Below, piece by piece: positions 62,769-64,000 of a stretch of DNA of 64,000 bases. Under the pieces are notes generated by a model. The model saw nothing but the letters and a program-made list of their open reading frames with translations, was not told the DNA's origin and made no database searches. The translations under genes and the position numbers were made by a program. Source of the stretch: Squalus acanthias (lineage: Eukaryota); NCBI GenBank assembly GCA_030390025.1, contig CM059431.1, forward strand, positions 135,286,001-135,350,000, in the 5' to 3' direction. How positions within the stretch are numbered: position 1 is the first letter of the stretch; the number at the start of each line of letters is the position of its first letter.

Positions 62769-63845
62769 GGTAGCACTCTCACCTCTGAGTCAGAAGGTTG
62801 TGGGTTCAAGTCCCACTCCAGAGACTTGAACACAAACATCTAAGGTGGACAGTCCAGTGCAGTGGTGAGGGAGTGCTGCACTGTCAGAGGTGCTGCCTTT
62901 TGGATGAGACGTTAAACTGAGAATTCTGTAGGTGGTTTGCTTTGGTGGTTCGAATCACCCCTCCTACTTAGTTCTATACGACAGGAATTACGGTGAACAG
63001 GATTGGGACACAGACAAGCTTTTCGGACTCAACCGTACGGTGTTTAATAAGGTTAACACACACACCCGCCTCCAGTACATAAAATGCCTGGTGGCGTAAA
63101 ACAAACAGTACAACAATACAACTTGGACCATCGAACAGGCCCCTGTCTCGTATTAAGACGCCTAAAATCACACTGTGTTGCAATACAGAGTATAACACGG
63201 ACTTGTCCCACAAACCCCGGAACATACACTATATAATACACACAGAACCTCCCCACTAAACCCCTCTGGCTTGGTTGGGATACATAACACCCCCTCACAC
63301 AGTACTGGTGGTCTTATGGATGCGTGGGCTTGGACAATGCTCACCCTGATTGTCCGTTTTCTTGCTCGCTGCTTCCCCGTGTAGAACGTGTCTCCTGGTT
63401 CCGTATCGCCGATGCAGTATCCAAGTCCTAGTTTCGAGGTTCGAAGAGCAAGGCGAGGCTCTTGTCGCTCGTGGTGGTTTAGAGCAAGCGAGAGAGAGAG
63501 AGAGAGAAAAATAGCCAAAGCTGCCTTCTCTGTATCATTCTAAAAGTCTGCTCTCTCAAGTGGACGTAAAAGATCCCATGGCACTATTTCAAACAAGAGC
63601 AGGGGAGTTATCCCTGGTGTTGTGGCCAATATTTATCCCTCAATCAACATAACAAAAACATATTATCTGATCATTATCACATTACTGTTTGTGGAAGGTT
63701 GCCGTGCGCAAATTGGCTGCCGCGTTTCCGACATTAGAACAGTGATTACACTTCATGATTACTTAATTGGCTGTAAAGCGCTTTGGGACATCCGATGGCT
63801 GTAAAGGCACTATATAAATGCAAGTCTTTCTTTCTTTTCTTTCTT
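62769..63845 (+). mobile_element. tRNA-derived Deu-type SINE split by an insertion
   Basis: B-box ggttcaagtccc at 62803-62814; body resumes at about 63546; L2-like tail ctatataaatgcaagtc(ttt)n. Confidence 0.8.
62927..63537 (-). mobile_element. Possible solo LTR inside the SINE
   Basis: TG...CA ends and ATTAAA on the minus strand near 63045; TSD not clean. Confidence 0.45.
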
Positions 63846-64000
63846 TGTACATTCACGACCCATTTATTTTCAGAACCTATATGATGCTAATTGTTTTAAT
63901 AATTTAGCATATGAATATTACAATAATTACACTAATGTATCCATTCACTGCCATGAAATGCTGTTTTTGGGAATATAATTATATTGAGTATCAATTATTA

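Noticed and set aside
62755..62815. Tx1 element targeting a tRNA-like sequence
   Set aside because: The A-rich end abuts a SINE head, but no TSD or matching 5' flank was found, so adjacency may be chance.
62769..62820. Functional tRNA gene
   Set aside because: 5' part missing and continues into SINE body; it is a SINE head.

Overview
Eukaryotic, vertebrate-type DNA, most likely from a cartilaginous fish. That is an inference from the repeat repertoire: CR1 LINEs with zinc-finger/esterase ORF1, Deu-type SINEs, Penelope pLTRs with minimal hammerheads, and GC-rich Harbinger MITEs. I found no host protein-coding exon I can support. The window is a nested transposable-element landscape: about 10 CR1 copies or fragments, L2, Vingi/Ingi-like, Tx1/L1-like, an RTE 3' end, a tRNA-headed single-ORF LINE, a decayed PIF/Harbinger transposase locus, about 15 TIR elements mostly with 3-bp TSDs, SINEs and a 1.55-kb solo LTR. 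Four observations stand out. (1) A Harbinger-type TIR element (10268-13534) carries a 2.5-kb uninterrupted CR1 reverse transcriptase segment. The segment has lost both CR1 ends, has no TSD, and sits in sense between promoter-like motifs and a splice donor. (2) An apparently perfect 932-bp fold-back Penelope insertion (852-1820) has a 13-bp TSD and two oppositely oriented minimal hammerhead ribozymes. (3) A long solo LTR (18512-20061) has a foamy-virus-like layout. (4) A LINE appears to use a tRNA/SINE head as its 5' end. Family names come from motif recognition only; no searches were run. Boundaries without a stated TSD are approximate.
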